Positions 49,138 to 59,031 of a stretch of DNA of 64,000 nucleotides are shown here, piece after piece. The notes beneath the pieces are model-generated. The model was given only the letters and a program-made list of their open reading frames with translations. It was not told where the DNA came from and made no database searches. The position numbers and the translations under genes are program-made. This stretch comes from Anaerococcus sp. (GTDB lineage Bacteria > Bacillota > Clostridia > Tissierellales > Peptoniphilaceae), in assembly GCA_030532385.1 (NCBI GenBank), contig JAUNLG010000002.1, forward strand, positions 28,992 to 92,991, read 5' to 3'. Position 1 is the stretch's first letter. Every line of letters begins with the position of its first letter.

Positions 49138-49918
49138 AAAATACAGGGGTCTATCAAGTATATATTATGTGTGGATAATCCTCTTTATCATAGCTCCAAT
49201 TGCCCTACTTTTTTATCAATCATTTTTTGATATTTATGGCAATTTTACCTTTGATAATTATATATCCTATTTTTCCTCAAGTAATTATATAAAAATGACC
49301 CTAAATTCATTTTTGACAGCCTTTCTTATAACCTTAACTACCCTCCTACTGTCATATCCCTTTGCATATTTTCTTACTTCTACTAAGTATAAGGAAGTAT
49401 TTTTGCTTTTGGTAACCCTACCAACTTGGATAAATCTTTTGCTTAAGGCCTACTCCTTTATTGGTTTGTTCAATAAGCATGGATTTTTGGCAAGTTTTTT
49501 TGCTCCAACTACTGGGCTTTTATTTACTGATCCAGCCTTTGTCTTGGTAGCTTCATATGTGGAATTGCCCTTTATGATCTTACCTATCTTTAGGGCCCTT
49601 GATTCAATTCCAAAGGAATATGTAATTGCAAGTAAGGACCTTGGTGCTAGTGGGGCTTATACTTTTAGAAAAATCATCCTACCTCTTTCAAAAGATGGGA
49701 TAATAGCAGGAGTTCAAGCAGTTTTTATTCCTTCCCTTTCCTTATTTTTGATTACAAGGATTATTGGAGGAAATAAGATTATAACCTTGGGAACGGCTGT
49801 GGAAGAGCACTATCTGGTTACTCAAAACTGGGGGATGGGAGCAACTATTGGTCTTGTTCTTATTGTTTTAATGTTTATTGTTATGAAACTTTTAAATGCC
49901 GGATGGGGGGATAAGTAA
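49130..49918 (+). CDS. potB: Spermidine/putrescine ABC permease
   Basis: [27 protein letters not shown]; operon context. Confidence 0.9.
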   Translation: MSRKYRGLSSIYYVWIILFIIAPIALLFYQSFFDIYGNFTFDNYISYFSSSNYIKMTLNSFLTAFLITLTTLLLSYPFAYFLTSTKYKEVFLLLVTLPTWINLLLKAYSFIGLFNKHGFLASFFAPTTGLLFTDPAFVLVASYVELPFMILPIFRALDSIPKEYVIASKDLGASGAYTFRKIILPLSKDGIIAGVQAVFIPSLSLFLITRIIGGNKIITLGTAVEEHYLVTQNWGMGATIGLVLIVLMFIVMKLLNAGWGDK

Positions 49919-50724
49919 TGAAAAAATTTAAAATATCAAATTTATACCTAGGATTTATCTTCTTACTCTTGTATTTGCCTATAGGATATCTTATCTTTTA
50001 TTCCTTTAATAGTGGGGATAATATGAATGCCTTCCTTGGTTTTTCCTTAGACCACTATAGGGAGGTTTTTGAAGATACAAGATTATGGATAATTGTTCTA
50101 AATACCCTAATCCTTTCCTTACTATCTTCACTTTTGGCAACCCTTGTAGGGACCTTTGGAGCTATTGGTATATACTACCTTAAGGATAAGAGGATGAGGT
50201 CAAGGATCCTTAATTTTAACTCTGTATTAATGGTAATGCCTGATGTTATGATGGGGGCAAGCTTTCTTGTCTTATTTACCTTTCTTATAAGGATCCCAAT
50301 GGGATTTTGGACAGTGCTCTTATCTCATGTTGCTTTCTCAATCCCTATTGTTGTACTAATGGTCCTACCTAGGCTATTAGCTCTCAATGAATCTATGATT
50401 CTTGCAGGAGAGGACTTGGGTGCAAGTGATATGACAATATTAAATAAGATTATTTTGCCTAATATTACTGGTGGAGTTTTAAGTGGGTTCTTTATGGCCC
50501 TAACTTATTCCCTAGATGACTTTGCCGTTACCTTTTTTGTAACAGGTTCAGGTTTTTCAACACTTTCTGTTGAAATTTATTCGAGGGTAAGGGCAGGAAT
50601 TTCTCTAGAAATCAACGCCTTATCTACCCTAATGTTTTTGCTATCTCTCACATTAGTCATAGTTTATTTTCTTATAAGTAGAAGGGAGACTAAGAATATA
50701 AAAAGGAGGCAAATAAATGAATAA
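49918..50724 (+). CDS. potC: Spermidine/putrescine ABC permease
   Basis: LYLPI..LIFYSFN, SLDDFAVTFF, EINALST. Confidence 0.9.
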   Translation: MKKFKISNLYLGFIFLLLYLPIGYLIFYSFNSGDNMNAFLGFSLDHYREVFEDTRLWIIVLNTLILSLLSSLLATLVGTFGAIGIYYLKDKRMRSRILNFNSVLMVMPDVMMGASFLVLFTFLIRIPMGFWTVLLSHVAFSIPIVVLMVLPRLLALNESMILAGEDLGASDMTILNKIILPNITGGVLSGFFMALTYSLDDFAVTFFVTGSGFSTLSVEIYSRVRAGISLEINALSTLMFLLSLTLVIVYFLISRRETKNIKRRQINE

Positions 50725-51796
50725 GGTATATAAGTTTTTCTTAGCCATTATTTTAGGTATCCTCCTATTATTTTTTGGTAAAAGTTTTATAGAAAAAAGC
50801 CAGGTTAATAGGGATAACAAGGCCCTTTACTTTTATAATTGGGGAGATTATATTGATCCTGAATTAATAAGCGAATTTGAGAAGGAGACAGGATTTCCAG
50901 TTGTAATGGAAACTTATGACTCAAATGAAGCTATGATTACAAAAATCAAGCAAAACTCAACAGACTTTGATATAGTTATTCCAAGTGAGTATGCAGTAGA
51001 GATGATGAGAGACCAGGGTCTTCTTGAAAAGCTAGACCATTCTAAAATCAAGGGTTTAGAAAATATAGACCCTCGCTTTCTTAATCCTGCCTATGATCCT
51101 GGCAATGAGTATTCAATCCCTTACTTTTGGGGAACTTTCGGTATAATCTATAATACAAAGACCTTTAATGAAGAGGATTTTTCTTCATGGAGAAATCTAT
51201 GGGATGAAAAATTTAGGGGAAAAATATTGACCTTTGACGGGGCCCGTGAGACCATGGGAATTGGTCTTTTGGCCAATAATTTATCATTAAACACTAAGGA
51301 TCCTGATAAGTTATATAAAGTTAGGGATGATTTAATTGGTTTTATGGCCAATGTCAAGGCCATCCTAGCAGATGAGATAAGGATGTATGTATCCTTAGAA
51401 GAAGCAGATATTGGAATAACATTTTCTGGTGATGCATCAATTGCTATAGAGTCAAATGAGGATATAGCCTATACAATACCAAAGGAAGGCTCAAATATTT
51501 GGTTTGATACCATGGTTATTCCAAAGACTTCAAAGAATAAAGAAGCAGCCTATGCCTTTATAAATTTTATGTTAAGAGAAGATATAGCTGCTAGGAATGC
51601 AGAATATGTTATGTATGCAAGCCCCAATGCCAAGGCCGTTGAGCTTCTTGATGAAGAAATTAGGGAGGATAAGACCCTTTATCCAGACGATGAGATTATA
51701 GATAAGCTTGAGGTATTTACCTCACTAGATAGGGAAACTACCATTCTTTATAACGACCTCTTCTTAGACCTTAAAATATCACCTCAAGCTGAATAG
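50717..51796 (+). CDS. potD: Spermidine/putrescine-binding protein
   Basis: YNWGDYIDP, DSNEAM, PSEY, PYFWGT, PKEGSNIWFD. Confidence 0.92.
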   Translation: MNKVYKFFLAIILGILLLFFGKSFIEKSQVNRDNKALYFYNWGDYIDPELISEFEKETGFPVVMETYDSNEAMITKIKQNSTDFDIVIPSEYAVEMMRDQGLLEKLDHSKIKGLENIDPRFLNPAYDPGNEYSIPYFWGTFGIIYNTKTFNEEDFSSWRNLWDEKFRGKILTFDGARETMGIGLLANNLSLNTKDPDKLYKVRDDLIGFMANVKAILADEIRMYVSLEEADIGITFSGDASIAIESNEDIAYTIPKEGSNIWFDTMVIPKTSKNKEAAYAFINFMLREDIAARNAEYVMYASPNAKAVELLDEEIREDKTLYPDDEIIDKLEVFTSLDRETTILYNDLFLDLKISPQAE

Positions 51797-51804
51797 GAGA
51801 GATT

Positions 51805-53085
51805 ATGTTAAAAATCATAGGCCTTCTGGTCCTATCTTTAAGCCTGTCTTCATGTAATAGCCAAGTTGACCTGGCAAAAGAAGAACAAGTAGCTAAGGCT
51901 TTAGAATTTAGTGAAGAAAATGATCAAGTAAACAATAGTATTGATTCTTACCTTAAAAAATCTGATGAGAATATTAAAAATCCTAGCAAGGATTATAAAA
52001 AAGATAAGGCTAAGATTTCAGAGAAGAAAGAATATATTGACGAACAAAAGCAAGCAAGGCTTTTATTTGGAGGGGATATTTTACCCCACATGCCAATAAA
52101 TAATTACGCCTATGCTTATGGGGCAGGCACTTATGATTATTCTAAATCTTTTGAAGATATAAAAGATTTTGCCAAAGACTTTGATTTTTTTATGGTAAAT
52201 AATGAATTTACAGTAAATCCTTCCTTAGAAGTTTCAGGGTACCCAACCTTTAATTCAAATGAGCAAATCTATAAGTCCCTTAAAGAAGCCCACGTAGACG
52301 TAATGAGTACAGCCAACAACCATAGCCTTGATTCAGGCCTTGATGGAGTTGTAACAACCATTGAGGCTATGAATAAGTTTGGCATAAAAAATACAGGAAC
52401 ATCAAAAGGAGATGATAAATCAAGGTTGATTTATCAAGTAAATGGCATAGATATAGGGATTTTATCTTATGCAGAAATCCTAAATGGTTTTGAGTATCTT
52501 TTAGATGATAAGGAGAAAAGCCTGATGGTCAATAGGCTAAATCCTGATGAGATAAAAAAAGATATTGAAAAAATCAGCCAAGATGGAGCTGACTTTATTG
52601 TAATTTACCCTCATTGGGGTGTTGAATACTCTTCATATCCAGAAGACTATCAAATCGATTTAGCCCATAAGATGCTAGACTGGGGAGCAGACCTTGTAAT
52701 CGGCAACCACCCTCATGTTATTCAAGGGATGGAAGAATATGAGACAGATGATAAAAGAAAGGGTATAATATATTATTCTCTAGGCAACCTCCTATCCAAT
52801 CAAAAACAAGATTATTTTAATGGGGATTATAGGGTCGAGCAGGGGCTTTTGGTAGAAGTAAATATCAAAAAGAGAAAAGATGAAAAAGCTGAGCTTATTT
52901 CATCTACCTACCATAGTACATGCGTAGATAGGTCCTATGATTCATATGGGTATCTTGATAAGACCTATGTAGCTACTCCCTACTTAGAGGATGAAGAAAA
53001 AATGGAGGACCTGGATGGAGATAAGAGCTTTCTTATAAGGAATGCTTATAAGATGAACAAGGCTACAATAGAGGCTGGTATTTAG
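51805..53085 (+). CDS. CapA (PGA_cap) family metallophosphatase-fold lipoprotein
   Basis: Lipobox LSSC; GGDI, GYPTFN, ANNHSLD, HWGVEY, GNHPHV, YSLGN. Confidence 0.88.
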   Translation: MLKIIGLLVLSLSLSSCNSQVDLAKEEQVAKALEFSEENDQVNNSIDSYLKKSDENIKNPSKDYKKDKAKISEKKEYIDEQKQARLLFGGDILPHMPINNYAYAYGAGTYDYSKSFEDIKDFAKDFDFFMVNNEFTVNPSLEVSGYPTFNSNEQIYKSLKEAHVDVMSTANNHSLDSGLDGVVTTIEAMNKFGIKNTGTSKGDDKSRLIYQVNGIDIGILSYAEILNGFEYLLDDKEKSLMVNRLNPDEIKKDIEKISQDGADFIVIYPHWGVEYSSYPEDYQIDLAHKMLDWGADLVIGNHPHVIQGMEEYETDDKRKGIIYYSLGNLLSNQKQDYFNGDYRVEQGLLVEVNIKKRKDEKAELISSTYHSTCVDRSYDSYGYLDKTYVATPYLEDEEKMEDLDGDKSFLIRNAYKMNKATIEAGI

Positions 53086-53168
53086 GAAAAAAGTTTTTTT
53101 GCTTTACCGCTTTTATGATATAATTTATATGTAACTTTGTTGGCAAAATTTGTTAGAAGAGGGTAAAG

Positions 53169-53618
53169 ATGAAAAATTACGAAAATAGGATTCCTTTTGC
53201 AATTTCAATAGCATCTAAGATGATAAATGATTCCTACAATAATGTTGTTATGAGACATGGAATTACAAGAAGCCAGTCCATAACCTTATATTATATAGGA
53301 CGTTTTGAACCGATAAGCCAAAAAGAACTTGCAAGGAAGATGAATATAAAAGAATCTACAATGACAGGGATTCTCGATAGGCTAGAAAAGGAAGGATACA
53401 TTGAAAGATCCATTGATAGTGGAGATCTTAGAAAAAAAACCCTCAGCCTATCAGGACTTGGACAAGCCAAGATTGAAGAAGTTTGTGAGGTTACAAGAGA
53501 CTTTCACTCAGCGGCTGATAGCTTTGTAAGTGAAGAAGAAGAAGAGAATATTATAAAGGTAATAGAAAACATAGTCTCAGCAATCAGAGCTTGGGAAAGT
53601 AGTTTGGAAAGGTCATAG
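53169..53618 (+). CDS. MarR-family regulator
   Basis: SQKELA, ILDRLEKEGYIER, DLRKK. Confidence 0.9.
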   Translation: MKNYENRIPFAISIASKMINDSYNNVVMRHGITRSQSITLYYIGRFEPISQKELARKMNIKESTMTGILDRLEKEGYIERSIDSGDLRKKTLSLSGLGQAKIEEVCEVTRDFHSAADSFVSEEEEENIIKVIENIVSAIRAWESSLERS

Positions 53619-53655
53619 AAGCTTAGGCTCTATGGCCTTTTTTAAAGGAGTAAAA

Positions 53656-54504
53656 ATGGATGATATTTTAAATAGCCTTCCAATAGATATAGGTGATATT
53701 AGGTTTATGGGAGGAGAAAATAAGGAGAATTTTAAGGTCTATGGTAAGGATGGCATATATTTTCTTACTATAAAGGATTATGAAAAGGAAGGATACTTTG
53801 ATAACCTAGCCTTAAGCCTAGACCTACTTAAGCTAAACCATATAAAGGCTCCTAGGTTAATAGATAAGGGCGATATCAAGGGCAAGTCTTTTATCCTTAC
53901 TACTTATCTAAATGAGGGAAGGTCAAGAAGTCAAAAAGACCTAGCTGGTCTTATTGGAAAAATTCATAAGATTAAAAGTCCTAAGAGTAAATTTGGCTTT
54001 GATTATCCAAGCTTTATAGGTTCATTAGACTTTCCTAATTCCTATAAGGATAGCTGGCAAGAATTTTTTATTGAAAGACTAGATAGGCTAGTAAAATCCT
54101 TAAGAGAGAAGGAAGTCTTCAAAAATAAGGATCTTTTAACTTATAAAAGGCTTAGAAAGATTATTATTAGACTTCTAGATGATCATAAATCAGATCCAGT
54201 CCTAGTCCACGGAAATTTATCTGAAGGAAATTTAATGTTTTTAGAAGATGGTAATCCCGCAGTCTATAACCTTTTAAGTTTTTATGGGGATAGGGAATTT
54301 GATTTAGCTAGTTCAACTATTTATGAAGGGTTTAACCAGGAATTTTATCAAAGCTTTGGAAAAAGTCTGGATATGGATGAAAGATTTAGCCTAAGACTTG
54401 AATTTTATAGGCTATATACCTATCTTTTATACCTAAACCAAGATGGGAATATGTATAGGAATATAGTTGATTCTTCAGTAAGTAAAATTCTCAGAAATTA
54501 TTAA
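53656..54504 (+). CDS. Fructosamine/ketosamine-3-kinase family protein, catalytic Asp residues replaced
   Basis: FGFDYP, SWQEFF, PVLVHGNLSEGN, YGDREFDLA, RLEFYRLY; ATG at 53656 follows AAGGAG. Confidence 0.8.
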   Translation: MDDILNSLPIDIGDIRFMGGENKENFKVYGKDGIYFLTIKDYEKEGYFDNLALSLDLLKLNHIKAPRLIDKGDIKGKSFILTTYLNEGRSRSQKDLAGLIGKIHKIKSPKSKFGFDYPSFIGSLDFPNSYKDSWQEFFIERLDRLVKSLREKEVFKNKDLLTYKRLRKIIIRLLDDHKSDPVLVHGNLSEGNLMFLEDGNPAVYNLLSFYGDREFDLASSTIYEGFNQEFYQSFGKSLDMDERFSLRLEFYRLYTYLLYLNQDGNMYRNIVDSSVSKILRNY

Positions 54505-54655
54505 CTGGTCTAAGAAAAGTTTTTCAAACTTGAATTATATCTAACTAGAGGTATATTTAAAATGAAAGTTAACTATACTTTCAAAAATCGAAAATTAATG
54601 GGTATATATACCCTGACAATAAAGATCTTAGCAATATATATTTAAGGAGATTATT

Positions 54656-55510
54656 ATGACACAAAGAACAGTTGAAGAACAAGTACAAGGTTATAGGACC
54701 CAAGATGGGGCAGGAGTTAGCCTAGTTAGGGTTTTATCTAACAGGTCTACAGATATTTATGATCCATTTTTAATGCTAGACTCATTTGATACAACAGATT
54801 ATGATTCTGTAAGAGCGGGTTTTCCATTCCACCCACATAGAGGAATTGAAACTATTTCATACCTTAAAAGAGGTAAGATGACCCACAGGGATTCTTTAGG
54901 TAATGAAGATACTATAGGAGATGGTGAGGTTCAATGGATGACAGCAGGGTCAGGTATCCTTCATGAAGAGACTATCCCTTATTCAGATAGGATGCTGGGT
55001 ACTCAACTTTGGTTAAACCTACCTAGGAAAGATAAGATGGTTCAACCTAAATACCATCCAATCAAAAATGAAGATATAAAAGAAATTGAAATAGAAGGTG
55101 GAAAACTTAGACTATTAGCAGGATCTTACCTGGATAATGAGGGCTATAAGGCAGACTACCTACCAATGGATTATTATGATATAGAACTTGCTAAGGATAA
55201 GGAATTTACCATAGAAACTGATCCTGAAAGGTCTATTACTGTATTTACCCTTCTTGGATCTATTGAGATTGATGGACTTAAGGTTCCTGAAAAAACAGCA
55301 GCAAAACTTTCAAAGGGAGACACCCTTACAATGAAGGCTCTTGAAGATGATACTTCTATCCTCTTTATGTCTTCTAAGAAACTTGAAGAGCCAATTGCAT
55401 GGGGTGGTCCGATAGTAATGAATTCTAGAGAAGAATTATACCAAGCCTTTAGTGAGCTTGAAACAGGTAACTTTATCAAAGATGAAATAGACTTTGAAGC
55501 TGAAGAATAA
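54656..55510 (+). CDS. Pirin family protein
   Basis: DGAGV, DPFLMLD, GFPFHPHRGIET, QWMTAGSGILHEE, QLWLNLP, GGPIVMN. Confidence 0.94.
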   Translation: MTQRTVEEQVQGYRTQDGAGVSLVRVLSNRSTDIYDPFLMLDSFDTTDYDSVRAGFPFHPHRGIETISYLKRGKMTHRDSLGNEDTIGDGEVQWMTAGSGILHEETIPYSDRMLGTQLWLNLPRKDKMVQPKYHPIKNEDIKEIEIEGGKLRLLAGSYLDNEGYKADYLPMDYYDIELAKDKEFTIETDPERSITVFTLLGSIEIDGLKVPEKTAAKLSKGDTLTMKALEDDTSILFMSSKKLEEPIAWGGPIVMNSREELYQAFSELETGNFIKDEIDFEAEE

Positions 55511-55518
55511 GGAAAATT

Positions 55519-56439
55519 ATGAAAAATACAGATACTTTCACCCTAGATGATTGCTCTAAGAGGGAAGAATTTTCTATAGACCATAAGTCTATACCGATAA
55601 AACTTTCCAAAGACTTAGATGAAGCTATCAAATACCTTCTTTGGTATGTTCCAAATATTTCATCTGAACAATCAAGAAAGGATGATCTTTTAAAAAACCC
55701 TGAATATGATGATTATATCTTTGAGGAAATAAAAAGACAGATGAACCTTGAAGATAAGGACATCTTGATAAGTGAAAAGATAGATAAGGAGCTTTCAGAT
55801 CATTTTAGGGGAGAGGTATGTGTAAATGAGCAAAAATTAATAATGACTTTAGCCGATGGGAATGAAACAAAAACTATGGCACTTCTAAGACACATTAGAA
55901 ATGCCATAGCCCACGGCAATTTTAATGTTATACATAATCTTGTCATAGGATTTGATGTCAAAAAATACCAAGACTTTCTTGAATACAGGGGGATTTTTAA
56001 GATAAATCCTTCTAACCTCCTTAAGGCCTTAAGAAAAATCAATATGGACTTTACAAGTGAAGAGTTTATAGCCAAAGCTTTAAGAAGGGCTGGCTATAAG
56101 GTAGAAGCCTTTCAGGAAGAATACCAAAGGTCCCATAGGTTTGATCTTTTTGCCAAAAAGAAGGATAGGCGTTTTGCTATAGAGATTATAAACTTAGATT
56201 TTAGAGAAAGTTTGGATGAAAATTTTGTTAAAGATATGATAAGAAGGATCAAAGGGATAGATTCGTCCATAAAACCAATATTAATTATAAATTCCTCCTA
56301 CTTAAGTGAAAAAAGTAAGGAAGACCTAATTGCCAATGACCTAATTATTCTTGATATAAAAAATATCAAAAAGATGAACCAAGGCAGGGATATGATAGGA
56401 GAGATTGTTAGAAAATCTGAGATCTATAAAAATTTGTAG
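55519..56439 (+). CDS. Hypothetical protein: HEPN-like domain (RxxxxH) plus C-terminal restriction-endonuclease/Mrr-like fold
   Basis: LLRHIRNAIAHGNF; C-terminal EEFIAKALRRAGYKV...FDLFAKK...FAIEI...IILD pattern. Confidence 0.6.
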   Translation: MKNTDTFTLDDCSKREEFSIDHKSIPIKLSKDLDEAIKYLLWYVPNISSEQSRKDDLLKNPEYDDYIFEEIKRQMNLEDKDILISEKIDKELSDHFRGEVCVNEQKLIMTLADGNETKTMALLRHIRNAIAHGNFNVIHNLVIGFDVKKYQDFLEYRGIFKINPSNLLKALRKINMDFTSEEFIAKALRRAGYKVEAFQEEYQRSHRFDLFAKKKDRRFAIEIINLDFRESLDENFVKDMIRRIKGIDSSIKPILIINSSYLSEKSKEDLIANDLIILDIKNIKKMNQGRDMIGEIVRKSEIYKNL

Positions 56440-56445
56440 AAAAAC

Positions 56446-56472
56446 TGTTAATCTTTACAAAAATTGGGTATA
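56446..56472 (+). promoter_or_regulatory. Putative SigB-like promoter TGTTA-N15-GGGTATA
   Basis: Motif upstream of the membrane protein at 56540. Confidence 0.5.
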
Positions 56473-56539
56473 TATATTTTATAGGCACAAGAAGTATAAA
56501 ATATTTTTATTTTTTACAAGTGAATATTTAGGAGGAATT

Positions 56540-57613
56540 ATGACAGAAAACAATCGTAGAAGAAGAGAAGATGTCAAAGTTTATGAAAGGGCCACTTCAC
56601 CTAGGGATGCTGGCAAAAATATATCATGGGGATCCATCTTTGCAGGTGCGGTTTCAGCAGCAGCAGTGTTCATGGTATTAAACCTAATAACAGCAGCTTT
56701 AGGATTTGGACTTTTTTCACCAACAGAGACTGATCCACTAAGTGGAGTTGGAATTGGAACTGGAATATGGACAGTAATCACCCTAGTGGTTTCTTTTCTA
56801 ACTGGTGGTTTTATAGCAGGTTATGCTGCAAGATCAACAGGTTACCTACATGGAGCAATTACATGGGCTCTAACAGTACTATTACTATTTAGTTTAGTAT
56901 TCAGCATGGTTAGTAGCGCACTTGGACTTGCAGGAAATGTTCTAGGAAGCCTAGCAGGTGGAGTAGGAAATGTAGCAGGTTCTGCAGGTAATGTAGCAGC
57001 AGAAGCAGTAAATGCAGGCGTTGCAAAGGCATCAGATTCAATAGCAGATGTTGATACAGAAGAATTACAAACAAATATTGAAACATATCTTTATGATACA
57101 GAAGTAGAAGAGTTACAACCTGACTATATTCAAAATCAAATTCAAGAAGGAAGAGATGAGATAAGTCAAGCACTAAAAGACTTAGCTTTAAACCCAACAA
57201 ATGCTGATGCAATAGTTAAAGACTTAGCTGATAGTCTTTCAAATAGGGCTAGCACTATAGCTGAAAGTGTTGATGAAGAAGCAATTAATAATGCAGTAGC
57301 TAACAATTCAAACCTTAACCAAGAAGAAGCTGCTGAAGTTACAGATAATATCTATACAGGTCTAAAAGAAGCAAGTAGTCAAGCAGAGGAAAGCCTAAAT
57401 AAGGCAAGTGAAGAAATTTCTAAACTTGCAAGTGATGTAAGCAATCAAGTTGACCAAACAGTAGAAGGTGCAAAAGAAGGTGCAGAAGATGTATCTAATA
57501 AGGCATCTGCTGGATCAGTACTAACCTTTGTTGGCCTAGTAATAGCTCTAGCAGTATCAGTTTGGGCTGGTAAACTTGGAGAAAACAAGTCAAAAGAATT
57601 TGTACAAAGATAA
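56540..57613 (+). CDS. Membrane protein (ISWGSIFAG-type, probably stress-associated) with acidic helical region
   Basis: ATG at 56540 follows AGGAGG; three N-terminal TM helices, an Ala/Glu-rich helical region and a C-terminal TM helix. Confidence 0.8.
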   Translation: MTENNRRRREDVKVYERATSPRDAGKNISWGSIFAGAVSAAAVFMVLNLITAALGFGLFSPTETDPLSGVGIGTGIWTVITLVVSFLTGGFIAGYAARSTGYLHGAITWALTVLLLFSLVFSMVSSALGLAGNVLGSLAGGVGNVAGSAGNVAAEAVNAGVAKASDSIADVDTEELQTNIETYLYDTEVEELQPDYIQNQIQEGRDEISQALKDLALNPTNADAIVKDLADSLSNRASTIAESVDEEAINNAVANNSNLNQEEAAEVTDNIYTGLKEASSQAEESLNKASEEISKLASDVSNQVDQTVEGAKEGAEDVSNKASAGSVLTFVGLVIALAVSVWAGKLGENKSKEFVQR

Positions 57614-57629
57614 TAAGAAGATTAATTAG

Positions 57630-57657
57630 AGTCTCTAGCAAGTCTAGAGGCTTTTTT
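57630..57657 (+). terminator. Rho-independent terminator
   Basis: AGTCTCTAG/CTAGAGGCT stem plus T tract. Confidence 0.65.
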
Positions 57658-57683
57658 CTATTTAAAAAAGCCAAGTGGTTTAA

Positions 57684-59030
57684 TCACTTGGCTATATCAA
57701 CTAGGGCCTGGTAGGGATTATCAGAATTAATCCTTTGGTCATACTGAAGGTAGACAGGAGGATTTATATCTACTTTGGCAGATATTGAACCTACCAAACC
57801 TGAATGATCCAGGTAAAAGAGGTCAGATGGGAGAAAGCTAACAAGCTCCCTTGGGTCTTTTTCAGTTGCTAGGGCGTTTTTGCTTACATAAGCTCCACTT
57901 TCTTTTAAAATGTAGGCGAATCTAATAGCTTCATTTGCACTTTCTTCATTAGTAAGGATATAAATCTTCCTATCTCTTAGGAGAGGATCCTTTTTTATAG
58001 TTAGTTCAACCTGGTCATAAAAGATATAGGAATCCTTATCAAAATGCTCATTATCCACATCTAGTCTACTTGCAGAATTTCTAGCGAAGGCAGTCTTATA
58101 GGCAGATATGTCTATATTTTTCATATCATCTAAACTTTGCTCAAAAATATGGCCCCTATAAAGTAAGCTTCTTTGGTCAATATAATCTTTATCTATAAAA
58201 AAACTTAAGAGTTTGTTAGCATAAATATAGTCTATAGACTTATTATCTGATAAGTCAAAGGCTATGGTGTCAATTTCCTTTTTAGTAAGTTCATCTGTAA
58301 TAGTTTTAATATCATCATTTATGTGTTTTGAAGAAAAATCTGGCAAACTTATTACTAAAAGTCCAGGATTAGATGAATCTACAACCATAGGGGAGGGCTT
58401 ATTTTCCTTACCTATCATTCTTTTATACCTATCCCTGACTTGATCATTTCCCAAAAGCTTTGACCTATTGGATTCTTCTATATTTTTAAAGTGGTCAAAT
58501 AAGTTATCATAGGTATCCTTATTAAGGATAAAAGATTGAGGATCCTTAAGCTTGCCCATCAGTTCATTGATTATTTCAAAAAATTCTTGGTCAGTTTTTG
58601 AGTTTAAGATTCTCTTTCTAAAGTCATCCTTAGACTTGGCAAATTCCAAGAAATTTTCTTTATTCTCATTACTGACCCCATAATTTCTAATGACTAGGTC
58701 ATATAATTTATCAAAATCATCAAGCTTTTCCTGGCTACTTAGACTCCTTCCCTTAGTAGATGAGACAATAGCCTGGCTTGATAGGCCCTCTAGTACCTCT
58801 TCCCTAAAGTCTGGATATCCCATTACCCTATAAGAAGTTAGGCCCTTGTATAAAAAATTAAGGGGGATGAGTAGGATTAATAAAAGACCTAGGCCAAGGA
58901 TGATCCTTCTTCTTATAAATTTTGCCCTTCGTTTCTTTTTTAATCTAAGCCTTCTTTGCCTACTGGTAGATTTAGTTTTTCTTCTTGGCTTTTTGCCTTT
59001 TGTTCTTCTTCTTTTTTTATCATCTTTCAT
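57684..59030 (-). CDS. Membrane-anchored S41 peptidase-like protein, apparently degenerate
   Basis: Polybasic N-tail plus TM helix; KLDDFDKLY; IAFDLSDNKS (cf. IIDLRxNxGG); KIYILTNEESANEA (cf. VLTsxxTASAxE). Confidence 0.6.
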   Translation of the reverse strand: MKDDKKRRRTKGKKPRRKTKSTSRQRRLRLKKKRRAKFIRRRIILGLGLLLILLIPLNFLYKGLTSYRVMGYPDFREEVLEGLSSQAIVSSTKGRSLSSQEKLDDFDKLYDLVIRNYGVSNENKENFLEFAKSKDDFRKRILNSKTDQEFFEIINELMGKLKDPQSFILNKDTYDNLFDHFKNIEESNRSKLLGNDQVRDRYKRMIGKENKPSPMVVDSSNPGLLVISLPDFSSKHINDDIKTITDELTKKEIDTIAFDLSDNKSIDYIYANKLLSFFIDKDYIDQRSLLYRGHIFEQSLDDMKNIDISAYKTAFARNSASRLDVDNEHFDKDSYIFYDQVELTIKKDPLLRDRKIYILTNEESANEAIRFAYILKESGAYVSKNALATEKDPRELVSFLPSDLFYLDHSGLVGSISAKVDINPPVYLQYDQRINSDNPYQALVDIAK

Positions 59031-59031
59031 T

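Noticed and set aside
51805-53085. Poly-gamma-glutamate capsule locus
   Set aside because: Only a lone CapA-domain gene is present, with no capB/capC.
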